A DNA stretch of 47,661 nucleotides, taken from Acidimicrobiia bacterium (lineage in GTDB: Bacteria; Actinomycetota; Acidimicrobiia; Acidimicrobiales; JAHEJN01). The DNA lies in the NCBI GenBank assembly GCA_029861625.1, contig JAOTZB010000002.1:1-47661 (forward strand), written 5' to 3'. Both the position numbers and the translations under genes were made by a program. This document shows, piece after piece, positions 8,456 to 16,687 of this stretch. Numbering within the stretch: the first letter of the stretch is position 1; the number at the start of each line of letters is the position of its first letter. The notes under the pieces were generated by a model. That model had not been told where the DNA came from. It worked only from the letters and a program-made list of their open reading frames with translations, and ran no database searches.

Positions 8456-9772
8456 ATGTTCGACCCTGCCGAAGAGCTCGCCGTGGTCACTGCCGATCCG
8501 GTCATCGGCGATGCCGCTGCGTGCCGTCGGGTGTTGGCCGCCGCCAAGCGCCTGCGGGCCTATGTCGACCAGCGGTGTGCCGCCCATCTGGCCGGCCTCG
8601 ACGACCGCGTGGTGCGGGCCGACGGCGCCGTGAACAAGGCCGACCTGGTTCGCCAGTCCACCAGCTGCTCGGTGCGCGAGGCCGACAACGCTGCCCAGCT
8701 CGCTGCGCAGCTCCCGGCGATGCCCGCCACCCGTGATGCACTCGGCGCAGGCGACATCACGGCCGATCATGCCGCCGCCCTGGCCCTGACGCGCTCGGCC
8801 CGCTCGGGTCAGGCACGGTGTGTCTTCGATTCGCAGGAACCCGAGCTCGTCGACCACGCGCGTCGGCAGTCGCCCGAGCAGTTCCGTCGCACCCTGCGCG
8901 ACTGGCATCACCGTCGGTCCGAAGACGACGGGATCTCGAAGCTGCAGGCCCAGAAGGACATGCTCCGACTCTCGATCGGTCTCGACGACGCGGGGATGAC
9001 CACGGTGCACGGCGAGCTCGACCCCGAGAGCGGCGCCATGGTCGGCACGACACTGCGCGAGATCGCCGAAGAGCTGTGGCGGGCGCAGAATCCAGCCGCG
9101 CGTGCGAGCGTCACGGTTCCGTTCGTCACCAACAACAACCGCCTCATGGCCGATGCGCTCGTCGAGACGTGTCGACGAGCGAAGGCGGCCGGCGCGGCAG
9201 ATGCGCGTCCCTCCGTTCCGACGATGATCGTCACCATTCCCCACGGCACGCTCGTCGACCAGCTGGTCGAAGCGGGCGAACCGGCCCGGCTGGCCGACGA
9301 CACACCGATTCCGGCGGCCACCGCGCGCCGCCTCGCCTGTGACGCTCAGCTGATCCCGGTCGTGCTCGGCGGCGACAGCCAACCTCTCGATGTCGGTCGT
9401 GGCCGTCGCCTCGCGACTCACGCGCAACGAGTCGCGCTGCGAACAACCCAAAGCACGTGTGCCGCCAACGGGTGCGACATGCCATTCGACTACTGCGACA
9501 TCCACCACCACACGCCGTGGCAGGTCGGGGGCGGCAGCGACCTCTCCAACCTCACTCCCCTCTGTTCGAAACACCACCACCTCATCCACGAGGGCGGCTG
9601 GAGAACCCGGCGCCATTCGAACGGCTCACTCGAGTACCTCAGACCTCCGACCCGCGCCCCGGACCGACCCGGACCGCGGGAACGACGAGAACGACCAGAA
9701 CCACGAGAACCACGAGAACCACGAGAACATCCTTGCGGAACGGGTCGCCCAGCTCCCACGTTGGTCTTCTGA
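8456..9772 (+). CDS. DUF222-type HNH endonuclease (actinobacterial 13E12-repeat-family-like)
   Basis: The N-terminal region is DUF222-like. The C-terminal HNH motif is CDIHHHTPWQVGGGSDLSNLTPLCSKHHHLIHEGGW. TATCAT (8443-8448) sits 7 nt before the ATG and there is no Shine-Dalgarno, so a leaderless mRNA is likely. Confidence 0.85.
   Translation: MFDPAEELAVVTADPVIGDAAACRRVLAAAKRLRAYVDQRCAAHLAGLDDRVVRADGAVNKADLVRQSTSCSVREADNAAQLAAQLPAMPATRDALGAGDITADHAAALALTRSARSGQARCVFDSQEPELVDHARRQSPEQFRRTLRDWHHRRSEDDGISKLQAQKDMLRLSIGLDDAGMTTVHGELDPESGAMVGTTLREIAEELWRAQNPAARASVTVPFVTNNNRLMADALVETCRRAKAAGAADARPSVPTMIVTIPHGTLVDQLVEAGEPARLADDTPIPAATARRLACDAQLIPVVLGGDSQPLDVGRGRRLATHAQRVALRTTQSTCAANGCDMPFDYCDIHHHTPWQVGGGSDLSNLTPLCSKHHHLIHEGGWRTRRHSNGSLEYLRPPTRAPDRPGPRERRERPEPREPREPREHPCGTGRPAPTLVF
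9680..9728 (+). repeat. 9-bp tandem repeat (about 5 units) at the 3' end of the HNH gene
   Basis: Two degenerate units (GAACGACGA, GAACGACCA) are followed by three perfect GAACCACGA units. Together they encode ..RERRERPEPREPREPRE.. Confidence 0.85.
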
Positions 9773-9802
9773 TCGTCGGCGCCCGCGAACTACCGTCGAT
9801 CC

Positions 9803-10612
9803 ATGCGCACGCTCGTGTCGACCACCCTCCCCGGCGACGGTGTCGCCGTCATCACGATGTCGAATCCCGACATCGACAACTTCGGATCATGGGCTGCAAT
9901 CGAACAGCTGAGCGCGGCGCTCATCGAGGCGCGCGAGGGAGGGGCCAGGGTGTCCGTGCTCGCCTCCGACGTGCAGGGCCACTGGCTCGAGCACGCGTGG
10001 CTGCCCGATCTCCGAGCAACCATCGAGGACCAACCGACCACGGGCGAGGGCAGCAGCTGGTTCTCCTGTCTGGAAGAGCTGAATCGAACGAGTGTGGTCA
10101 CGATCGCGGCGATATCCGGCGATACGTCGGGAGGGGGATGCGAGCTGGGCTGGGCCTGTGACCTGCGCATCGCCGAAGCCGGCGTTCGCTTCGGCCAACC
10201 GGAGGTCCAGATCGGCGTCGGCACGGGCATCGGCGGCACCAACCGGTTGCGGCACATCATCGGTCGCACCGCGACCGCGGAGATGGTGCTGCTCGGAGCC
10301 CCCATGACCGCCGAGCGCCTGTACGAGCTCGGCGGCGTCAATCGGGTGGTGCCGACCGGCTGCTCACTCGATCTCGCCGTCGACTGGGCCAGCCGCATGG
10401 CGTCGATGTCACCGGCCGCGCTCGCCGGGATGAAGCAGATGCTCACCGAGGGCGACGACCTGCTGCGCATCGCCGAGTCGGTCATGAACGACCAGCACAT
10501 CTTCTGGACGTTCTCGGCTACGCCCGACGCCCAGGAGCGCATCAGCACGATCCAGGCTCGGTTCGACGACGGCGATGGCCCACGAACCGTCTACGGCGAA
10601 CCACTCGACTGA
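9803..10612 (+). CDS. enoyl-CoA hydratase/isomerase (crotonase) family protein
   Basis: The crotonase oxyanion-hole region GGGCELGWACDLRIA and the overall fold pattern are present. Confidence 0.8.
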   Translation: MRTLVSTTLPGDGVAVITMSNPDIDNFGSWAAIEQLSAALIEAREGGARVSVLASDVQGHWLEHAWLPDLRATIEDQPTTGEGSSWFSCLEELNRTSVVTIAAISGDTSGGGCELGWACDLRIAEAGVRFGQPEVQIGVGTGIGGTNRLRHIIGRTATAEMVLLGAPMTAERLYELGGVNRVVPTGCSLDLAVDWASRMASMSPAALAGMKQMLTEGDDLLRIAESVMNDQHIFWTFSATPDAQERISTIQARFDDGDGPRTVYGEPLD

Positions 10613-10669
10613 CACGGGACCGCACCGCCCGCTCGGGTCACGGCCGACGAAGCGTGGTTCCGCCGCCGG

Positions 10670-11665
10670 CTACCCACCGAAGGGGAGCTCGTCGGTCGGG
10701 ACCTCGTCGACGGGGTCGGGGTCGTCGCCCGGCGTCCCGCCGAGCTCACCGAAGACGTCCTCGTCGATCTGCTCATCCGGCATCTCATCCTGGCCCGGAA
10801 GCTCGGGCTCGCCGTTCGGGCGGTACGGGCCGTACGGGTCGGACCCCTGATCGGGTCCGCTGCCATCGCCGTCATCGGTGAGGGGGTCGATCTCGGGCAA
10901 CGGCAGACCCACGCTGGGCGCCTCGTCAGCGGGGATCTCGTCGAGCGGGGCCGAGGGTCCGTCATCAGACCCCGCGTCGGGATCGTTGCCGACACCATCG
11001 GGTTCGCCGGTCGGCGTGTCGATGGTGATCTCGGGTAGGGGCAGTCCGACGGTCGGCGCATCGTCGGCCGCGATCGGACCGGGTCGATCATCGTCTCGAG
11101 GGCTCGTCGACCCACCGGCGCCTCCATCGTCCTTGTCGACGACTCGTGCCGGCTGACCCCCTTCGGGGTCGCTCCCGAAGTCGATCGTCGTATCGAGCAC
11201 GAATCCGTCATCGGTCGAGGAGCTCGCAGACGAGTCGTCGGCGGACTCACCCGCGCTCAGGCCGGTTGCCGACTCGTCCTGTTCCGCCGGCCGCTCCACC
11301 GCGAACGCTGCGGCCGCGGCGGCGGGCCCCAGCTGGTGCGAACGGCTCCCGACGAAGACGTACCCCGCGGGTTTGGCCGCGAACCACAGTCGGGTCGCAC
11401 TGCAATCGCTGGCGAAGGTCACGCCGCCGCCGGCGTCTGTGATCTTCGAATCGAGCTTGCGGCCCCGGGCGTCCTCGAGCCAGATGTCCGCCCCTGCCAG
11501 CGGCACCACGTCTTCACCGGTCACGTCGTGAACGATGGCCGATGCCTCACACAGTGGCGGAGGCTCACTGGCCGCCGGTTCGGACACGAACCAGATGATC
11601 GCCGCCGGAACCGGGGCCACGAGGACCGCAGTGGCCCCGATGATCTTCTTCAGCAGCTCGTTCAT
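10670..11665 (-). CDS. membrane-anchored or secreted, highly acidic Pro/Asp-rich protein
   Basis: GGGAGGAG precedes ATG 11665. The N-terminal hydrophobic helix is IIGATAVLVAPVPAAIIW. A short beta-rich domain (VTGEDVVPLAGADIWLEDARGRKLDSKITDAGGGVTF) resembles a carboxypeptidase-regulatory domain. The tail is a long D/P/G-rich region with the duplicated element A(P/T)(S/T)VGLPLPEI. Confidence 0.65.
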   Translation of the reverse strand: MNELLKKIIGATAVLVAPVPAAIIWFVSEPAASEPPPLCEASAIVHDVTGEDVVPLAGADIWLEDARGRKLDSKITDAGGGVTFASDCSATRLWFAAKPAGYVFVGSRSHQLGPAAAAAAFAVERPAEQDESATGLSAGESADDSSASSSTDDGFVLDTTIDFGSDPEGGQPARVVDKDDGGAGGSTSPRDDDRPGPIAADDAPTVGLPLPEITIDTPTGEPDGVGNDPDAGSDDGPSAPLDEIPADEAPSVGLPLPEIDPLTDDGDGSGPDQGSDPYGPYRPNGEPELPGQDEMPDEQIDEDVFGELGGTPGDDPDPVDEVPTDELPFGG

Positions 11666-11717
11666 CGAACTCTCCTCCCAGGTGATGCCCTCGGTGGGCA
11701 CCCCCAGCGTGGACACC

Positions 11718-11739
11718 GCCCGTGAAATGCCCGTGAAAC
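11718..11739 (-). promoter_or_regulatory. 2 x 11-bp direct repeat (site B): GTTTCACGGGC/ATTTCACGGGC in gene orientation
   Basis: On the plus strand this reads GCCCGTGAAAT GCCCGTGAAAC. It ends 52 nt upstream of ATG 11665 and has the same core and phasing as sites A and C. Confidence 0.45.
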
Positions 11740-11810
11740 AGCCGTCCGGTCGAGCCGACCCCTCGGCCCGGGCGATCGTGGGCTGACAGATCTGGGATAC
11801 TCGACCGTCC

Positions 11811-12157
11811 ATGGACGGTGAGATCCCATTCGTCCGGGTCGGCTACGCGTCGGAGCTCGAGCCCGGTGTCCCGGTCACCTGTGAGGTCGAGGGCAGGCGC
11901 CTGCTCGTCGTCAACGTCGGCGACGAGTTCTTCTGCATGGCCGATCGGTGCAGCCACGCGAACACTCCCCTCTCGTCGGGAAGACTCCGGGGCCACAAGC
12001 TGGCATGTCCGCTCCACGGCGCACGTTTCGACATCCGGACCGGAGCGCACCTGAGACCGCCTGGGATACGCGGCGTCCAACGTTCGCGACCCGCGTGGTC
12101 GACGGCGTGATCGAGGTGGCAGTCACAGGGCCCGACCCGCACGGCGAGTGGGCGTGA
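11811..12157 (+). pseudogene. Rieske [2Fe-2S] ferredoxin with an apparent 1-nt frameshift near 12057-12065
   Basis: The Rieske ligands CSH...CPLH are intact in the frame that starts at 11811. The conserved C-terminal strands (PTFATRVVDGVIEVAV) are in a different frame (ORF 11948..12157). Supplying one nucleotide in CCGCCTGGG joins the two parts into a normal ferredoxin of about 115 aa. Confidence 0.6.
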
Positions 12158-12476
12158 GCGCGCGGTCCGAACCGTCGGGGTGACCAGCGCGGCCGAGGAC
12201 GGGCCATGCTCCGATCGACGGCATGGCCGGCCGCGGGCTTGAATGGTGGCCGGAGAGGAGTGGGAGAAGCTCTGGCCGAAGCTCTGGCTCATCGCCGGGC
12301 TCGAGTCCGCCGCCGAGGAGGCGAACATCTGGTTCAGCGTTCGCGAAGCGGTTCGACCCGCCAGGACGTCCATCTGATCCGCGATGTCCAACGGGGAATG
12401 CACTCACGAGGGTTCGACATGGCCTGGCTGAACGACGACGAGAGTCGCGCCCGCCACACCACGACTGGCTCGACCA

Positions 12477-13547
12477 CTACTTGGGGGACTGAGGGCGGCC
12501 GGCTGCGGCGGCCGCCGCCGCCTGGACATCGAGGTCGGCCAGCGGTGCGGTGTCGTAGTACTCAGCTGCGTAGACAAGCCACCCGTCGGCGAATCGGCGG
12601 ACGGTCGTTCCACGCGTCATGTCGACGCGTGACCCGTCGGCGAGTACCGCCACCTGGACCCACTCCTGAACCGAGGTTGCACCGTCGAACAGGACGGGAC
12701 CGACCGGATCGAAGGCGATGGCACCGGCCTTGCCCGTGATGTCGGCGAGGCATGCTCTGACCTCGGCTTGGCCCCGGAGCTCACCGAAGAGCGGGTCGAT
12801 GAACTGCATGTCGGTCGGATGCATGAGATCGGCCATGACGTCGCTGTCGGACCGGCGCGTCGCATCGTTCAGCACCTGGTGCATCTCGAGGTTGCCGAGC
12901 CCGCTCGGGCGCTCGAGCACCCGGCCCGGCTCGGCTCCTGCGCGCGACGCCATCCAGGCGCTGGCTGCGGCCCCCGGCGGCTCGGGCGACGAGTCGGGCT
13001 CGGTCGGCCAGGCGACCCGCGGCCAGTCGGGCAGGTCGGGGGCATCGACACCGGGGGGCGGCGGCTGCCGGAAGCCCGATGTGTCGTACACGTCGGCGGC
13101 ATAGGTGATCCAACCGTCGCGGTAGCGGCGCACGCTCACGCCCCTCGAAAGCGGGATCCGCTCGCCCTCCATGTTCGCGAACATCTGCCACTCGTCGAGC
13201 GACGATCCGCCCTCGCCATCGTCGAACAGCACCGATGCGGCTGTCGGCACGAAGTCGATGAACTCGATCTCGGCCATGGCCGGCACCAACCACGCCCGGA
13301 TGTCGCGCTGGCCGTGGTAGGCGCCGAAGATCGCGTCGTAGTAGATCGAGTCGTGCGGCCTCATGAGATCGGCCATGACCTCGATGGCCTGGCGGCCGAG
13401 GCGTGGGTTGCCGATCACCTCGAGAATGCTTTCGGCGTCGAGCCCGCTCGACTCCTCGACGAACCGATCGAGGTCTGCCGGCTGCCCGCCGCGCTCGGAC
13501 AGGTAGGCCTCGACGTACGCGTCAGGCGTCTTCGGGATCGTTCCCAT
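12477..13547 (-). CDS. protein with two tandem SnoaL-like/NTF2-like domains
   Basis: Two homologous halves each contain ..VMADLM(R/H)P.D..(Y/F)(Y/I)D..FG...G....R..L...... and a ..RR(Y/F)(R/A)DGW(I/L).YAA..YD ending. GGGGGGAA Shine-Dalgarno lies upstream of the ATG. Confidence 0.7.
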   Translation of the reverse strand: MGTIPKTPDAYVEAYLSERGGQPADLDRFVEESSGLDAESILEVIGNPRLGRQAIEVMADLMRPHDSIYYDAIFGAYHGQRDIRAWLVPAMAEIEFIDFVPTAASVLFDDGEGGSSLDEWQMFANMEGERIPLSRGVSVRRYRDGWITYAADVYDTSGFRQPPPPGVDAPDLPDWPRVAWPTEPDSSPEPPGAAASAWMASRAGAEPGRVLERPSGLGNLEMHQVLNDATRRSDSDVMADLMHPTDMQFIDPLFGELRGQAEVRACLADITGKAGAIAFDPVGPVLFDGATSVQEWVQVAVLADGSRVDMTRGTTVRRFADGWLVYAAEYYDTAPLADLDVQAAAAAAAGRPQSPK

Positions 13548-13645
13548 CGTTCCCCCCGGGGTGCGGACGACCGTCCGGCCGATCGCTGCTCGACCCTATC
13601 GGTACAGCGTGCCGCGATGAGCTCGTGTTCGGTGACAACATCGAG

Positions 13646-14464
13646 CTACTTGCTCGCGATGATCTCGCCGTGCACGACGGCGAAGAACCCGTCGTCGTGG
13701 GCAGCCCAGCGCTCCCATGCGTCGGAGATGGCCTCGAGCTCGGCCTGATCGGAGAGCTCGTAGTCGATTGCCTGGGTGGCAAGGCTCGAGTGCAGCACCC
13801 GTTCGGCCCAGACGCTCCCCCACCACGCCCGCCTCGACGGCGTTGCGAACGTCCACGTCGACGACGACGCGGTGATGGCCGTGAAGCCGGCTTGTTGAGC
13901 CCACCCGAGCAGGTACCGTCCGGCGTCGGCCTCGGCGCCGTTGCGGTCGGTCACCTGATGATAGAGCTCGAGCCAGCGGTCGAGGAGCGGCTCGTCGGGC
14001 GCCCAGGTCATCGACGAGTAGTCGGCATCTCGGGCCGCCAGGACCCCGTTGGGTTTCAGCACGCGGTGCATCTCGCGGAGGGCCCCGACCGGATCGGACA
14101 GATGTTGCAGCAGCTGGTGGGCGTGCACGACATCGAATCGCCCGTCTTCGAACCCGAGGTGATACACGTCGCCGGGCTGGAAGCTGCAGTTGTCGATGCC
14201 CTTCCGCCGTCGCAGTGCGTCAGCCTGTTCGAGCACACTGCTGACCGCGTCGATCGCGACGACCTCACCCGGGGCGACCAGTTCGGCCAGATCGAGTGTG
14301 ATGGTGCCCGGACCGCATCCGACATCGAGCAGGGCCATGCCCTCGCCGAGGTAGGGCAGCAGATAGCCGGCAGAGTTCTCGGCGGTACGCGACGTGTGCG
14401 ATCGCAGCACCGACTCGTGATGGCCGTGCGTGTAGGTGTCGGGGGTCGTGTTCATCGAGCCCAT
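13646..14464 (-). CDS. class I SAM-dependent methyltransferase
   Basis: Motif I is LLDVGCGPGTITLDLA, followed by the post-I/II pattern (FDVVHAHQLLQH...LKPNGVLAA). The start could be 14464, 14455 or 14512. Confidence 0.8.
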   Translation of the reverse strand: MGSMNTTPDTYTHGHHESVLRSHTSRTAENSAGYLLPYLGEGMALLDVGCGPGTITLDLAELVAPGEVVAIDAVSSVLEQADALRRRKGIDNCSFQPGDVYHLGFEDGRFDVVHAHQLLQHLSDPVGALREMHRVLKPNGVLAARDADYSSMTWAPDEPLLDRWLELYHQVTDRNGAEADAGRYLLGWAQQAGFTAITASSSTWTFATPSRRAWWGSVWAERVLHSSLATQAIDYELSDQAELEAISDAWERWAAHDDGFFAVVHGEIIASK

Positions 14465-14698
14465 TGTCGCGCGCCGCACCGATGCGATGATGAAGAACCG
14501 ATCGAGGCTCACACGATGACTGCTCGGGAGGTGCTGCCCCGCATGACCCCTTGGACCTGCTCGGCCTGCGACCGAACGTTCGGTGGCCGAAACCAGTCCT
14601 ACTTCGACTCACCGACCTGAGTGGCGCCGCCCGACGACCTCGGTGCGTCGACGGCACTACGGTTGCGGTCCGCAAGCGATCTGCACGAGGGAGAAATC

Positions 14699-15703
14699 GT
14701 GGCCGGAGACGACATCGTGCGCTGGGGCATCCTCAGCACCGCCCACATCGGGATGGCGCTGGTCACCCCTGCGATCCAGGCTGCGGACAACTGCGCCGTC
14801 GTCGCCCTCGCGTCACGCGAGAAGACGCGGGCGCGGGCTGCCGCCGACCAGCTCGGCATCGAGACGGCGTACGGAACCTACGAGCAGCTGATCGCCGACC
14901 CCGACATCGATGCGATCTACAACCCGTTGCCGAACCACCTCCACCTGCCCTGGACCGTCGCGGCAGCAGAGGCCGGCAAACACGTGCTCTGCGAGAAACC
15001 GATCGGACTGACGAGCGCCGAGGCCCGAACGATCGCCGCAACGGCCGAGTCGACCGGAGTGAAGATCATGGAGGCCTTCATGTACCGCTTCCACCCCACC
15101 TGGGCGGCGGTCCGCGACATCGTCGCCAGCGGCCGCATCGGCCCGATCCAGGTGATCCAGGCCTGGTTCTCCTACTTCAACGACGATCCGGCGAACATCC
15201 GAAATGTCGCCGAATGGGGCGGTGGAGCGCTCATGGACATCGGCTGTTACCCCATCAACGTGTCCCGCATGTTGTTCGGGGCCGAGCCCACCGTGGTCGG
15301 CGCCACCATGACCCACGACCCGAGCTCGGGCGTCGACATCGTCACCACCGCTCTGTTGCAGTTCCCCACCGGTGTCGCCGCCTTCACGTGTGCGACCCAG
15401 CTCGAGTCGGACCAGCGGGTCCACATCTACGGCCGCGACGGTCGCATCTCCGTCGAGATCCCGTTCAACGTGCCATCCGATCGCCCGACTCGCATCTTCG
15501 TCACCCAGGGCGGCGATCCGCCCGTCGCCCCGGCCGTCGAGACGCTCTCCTTCGATCCGGCCGATCAGTACTCCCTGCAGGCCCGCGCCTTCGCCGCAGC
15601 CGTGCTCGACGACGTGCCCGTGCCCCTACCGCTCGCCGACAGCATCGCGAACATGACAGTGATCGAGGAGATCGTCGCCAGCGCCGCCTCGAACGCGGGC
15701 TAG
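14699..15703 (+). CDS. Gfo/Idh/MocA-family NAD(P)-dependent oxidoreductase
   Basis: N-terminal Rossmann region (RWGILSTAHIG), plus the EKP motif (VLCEKPIGL). GAGGGAG lies 5 nt before GTG 14699. Confidence 0.8.
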   Translation: MAGDDIVRWGILSTAHIGMALVTPAIQAADNCAVVALASREKTRARAAADQLGIETAYGTYEQLIADPDIDAIYNPLPNHLHLPWTVAAAEAGKHVLCEKPIGLTSAEARTIAATAESTGVKIMEAFMYRFHPTWAAVRDIVASGRIGPIQVIQAWFSYFNDDPANIRNVAEWGGGALMDIGCYPINVSRMLFGAEPTVVGATMTHDPSSGVDIVTTALLQFPTGVAAFTCATQLESDQRVHIYGRDGRISVEIPFNVPSDRPTRIFVTQGGDPPVAPAVETLSFDPADQYSLQARAFAAAVLDDVPVPLPLADSIANMTVIEEIVASAASNAG

Positions 15704-16608
15704 AGATCCCAGGACACGCCCGTCAACGCGACCGAGACGTCCCACAACCTGGCCGCGTCGTTCTCGTCGTGTGCGCGTCCGATGGCATCGACCTTCACGG
15801 GATGACCCTTGAACTCCTGGAAGCCGTCGGGCCCGTAGTACTCGGCGCCCCGCACGTCGGGATCGGTCGCGGCGCGAAGCGTCGGCAGCGCGCCTGCAGT
15901 CGCTGACTGCGTCCCGAACCAGAACAACGGCTGGAGGACCTGCAGTACCTTCGGCATGTCGCGTCCGAGGTTGGTGTCGGTCGTGCCGGGGTGCGCAGCC
16001 ACCGCGATCGTCGGGCGTCCGGCTGCATCGAGTCGACGCTGGAGCTCGAAGATGAACAACAGGTTCGCCAGCTTGGTAAGCCCGTACTGCCGGGCGCGCC
16101 GGTACCCCTTCTCGCCCTGCAGATTGCCGAAGTCGACCCGGCCGATCCTATGGGCGTTGCTGCTCACGCTCACGACGCGTGACCCGCCGGTGGCCGTCAG
16201 CTCGTCGATCAGCAGACCGGTCAGCGCGAAGTGACCGAGGTGATTGACGCCGAACTGCATCTCGAAGCCGTCGGCGGTCTCGCGAAACGGTGGTGCCATC
16301 ACGCCCGCGTTGTTGATCAACAGATCGAGACGGCCTTCGCGACGAACATGTTCCGCGGCGGAGCGAACCGATGCGAGGTCGGCGAGGTCGAGCTCGACCA
16401 CGTCGGTGTCGGCCGAGGGAACGCGGCGGGCGATCTCGGTCACGGCCCGGTCGGCCCGCTCGCGACTGCGACACCCGAGCAGCACCCGTGCACCGGCACC
16501 GGCGAGCTCGGCCGCCGTTTCGAGGCCGATCCCCGAGTTGGCGCCGGTGACGAGCGCGGTGCGTCCCGTCAGGTCGGGGATGTCGGCGGTGGTCCAGGGC
16601 GCTGCCAT
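15700..16608 (-). CDS. short-chain dehydrogenase/reductase (SDR)
   Basis: TGANSGIG cofactor motif, NNAG, and catalytic Y..xK context (YGLTK). Its stop and the stop of the convergent Gfo gene share one palindromic CTAG (15700-15703). Confidence 0.85.
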   Translation of the reverse strand: MAAPWTTADIPDLTGRTALVTGANSGIGLETAAELAGAGARVLLGCRSRERADRAVTEIARRVPSADTDVVELDLADLASVRSAAEHVRREGRLDLLINNAGVMAPPFRETADGFEMQFGVNHLGHFALTGLLIDELTATGGSRVVSVSSNAHRIGRVDFGNLQGEKGYRRARQYGLTKLANLLFIFELQRRLDAAGRPTIAVAAHPGTTDTNLGRDMPKVLQVLQPLFWFGTQSATAGALPTLRAATDPDVRGAEYYGPDGFQEFKGHPVKVDAIGRAHDENDAARLWDVSVALTGVSWDL

Positions 16609-16687
16609 ACCCGAACGCTAACGCGCCCGGATACCACCATGGCCCTTCTCGTTCACGGCCCCACCTTCACCGCTAACGTCAGCGCGT

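Noticed and set aside
11843-12403. 186-aa minus-strand ORF that fills the gap after the Rieske gene
   Set aside because: Its 3' two-thirds are antisense to the Rieske ferredoxin. Its 5' part is Ser/Ala-rich and low in complexity. It shares third-position phase with a plus-strand frame that reads more like protein. It is kept only as an alternative explanation in the remnant finding.
16652-16672. GTTCACG ... TTCACC in the SDR/crotonase intergenic region, considered as a fourth TTTCAC site
   Set aside because: The two cores are 14 bp apart, not 11, and the flanks differ. It is not counted as part of the motif. The CGCTAACG direct repeat in the same spacer (near 16616 and 16670) is too short to interpret.
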